Positions 31,491-32,000 of a stretch of DNA of 32,000 nt are shown here, piece by piece (within the stretch, counting starts at the first letter, position 1; each line of letters begins with the position of its first letter). A model generated the notes under the pieces. That model did not search any database. It saw nothing but the letters and a program-made list of their open reading frames with translations, and had not been told where the DNA came from. A program made the translations under genes and the position numbers. Where the stretch lies: the sequence record OZ262643.1. The stretch is one strand, 5' to 3'.

Positions 31491-31620
31491 AATCACTAAA
31501 GAAATGAATATAAGTTTGAATTAGCAACTATTGAGCTATCAATATTTATTTCAAATAATTATTTGAAGTATTTTATAATTATGAACAAAATTCAGTAAAT
31601 ACAAAAGAATAAATTATCCC

Positions 31621-32000
31621 ATGAATATAGCTATAGAAGAGCATTTTACAACAATCAATAAAACTACAGAGACAATAGTTGAAAATACTTATACAAATGA
31701 ACAAGAAAGATTACTCAAATTTATTATAGAAAGATTAATAATTAACAACAAATCAGCAGATGTATTAGATGGTTTTATATATCAAAAATTATTAAAAACA
31801 CATCAAGAGATAATAAAGAATAAATTAATGAGTTGCTTTCCAAATGGTATAGTAATATTAGAATCTTGCTTAAGGATCAATTATGAACCATTACAAAAAT
31901 TACTGATGAATGAACAGTTTAAAGAAGCAGATAAATTAACGAATAAATATTTGTATGAATTAGTCAAACAAGAATCCCCAGGAGCAAAAAGATGGCTATA
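31621..32000 (+). CDS. ycf53: GUN4-domain protein ycf53 (5' part; runs off the window)
   Basis: The frame from the ATG at 31621 stays open to the window end, 126 codons with no stop by my own translation. The segment YEPLQKLLMNEQFKEADKLTNKYLYEL matches the start of the GUN4 domain (L..LL....w.eAD.eT). It is absent from the ORF track because it is truncated by the window edge. Confidence 0.6.
   Translation, partial: MNIAIEEHFTTINKTTETIVENTYTNEQERLLKFIIERLIINNKSADVLDGFIYQKLLKTHQEIIKNKLMSCFPNGIVILESCLRINYEPLQKLLMNEQFKEADKLTNKYLYELVKQESPGAKRWL

Overview
This window reads as a densely packed, strongly AT-rich fragment of a red-algal (rhodophyte-type) plastid genome. It does not look like an accessory or defence island.

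Gene content that supports this:
- Phycocyanin cpcB-cpcA.
- Photosystem genes psaC, psaI, psaM, psbA, psbE-F-L-J, psbY and psb30.
- The set of metabolic and housekeeping genes that only rhodophyte-lineage plastids retain: gltB, pgmA, secA, trpA, trpG, thiG, ftrB, chlI, tilS, rne, ccs1, ccdA/dsbD, rbcR and rpoZ/ycf61.
- Ribosomal protein genes rps6, rpl21, rpl27 and rpl32.
- Conserved ycf genes ycf35, ycf53, ycf54, ycf55, ycf60 and ycf63.
- Six tRNA genes: Glu-UUC, Lys-UUU, Val-UAC, Arg-UCU, Asn-GUU and Leu-UAG.

I added seven small genes that fall below the ORF-track size cutoff by translating the spacers myself: psb30, psaI, psbJ, psbL, psbF, psaM and psbY.

The ORF track starts some ORFs at TTG or GTG. 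I re-evaluated these starts, and ftrB, rps6, rpl32 and ccs1 most likely begin at an internal ATG.

I found no rRNA, CRISPR array, transposase, integrase, phage gene or recognisable defence or toxin system, and I do not claim a novel system here.

Items worth a second look:
1. An RNase Z (rnz/ycf56)-like ORF that has lost the HxHxDH motif and its C-terminal third but is still open.
2. An unassigned 188-codon ORF wedged between pgmA and secA.
3. Non-ATG initiation implied for chlI and psbF.
4. An N-terminally shortened ycf63 (MlaE-like) next to a T10 run.
5. A perfect 3 x 16 bp tandem repeat.
6. A few strong stem-loops between convergent genes.

All family assignments come from motif and sequence recognition by eye. 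No database search was run.
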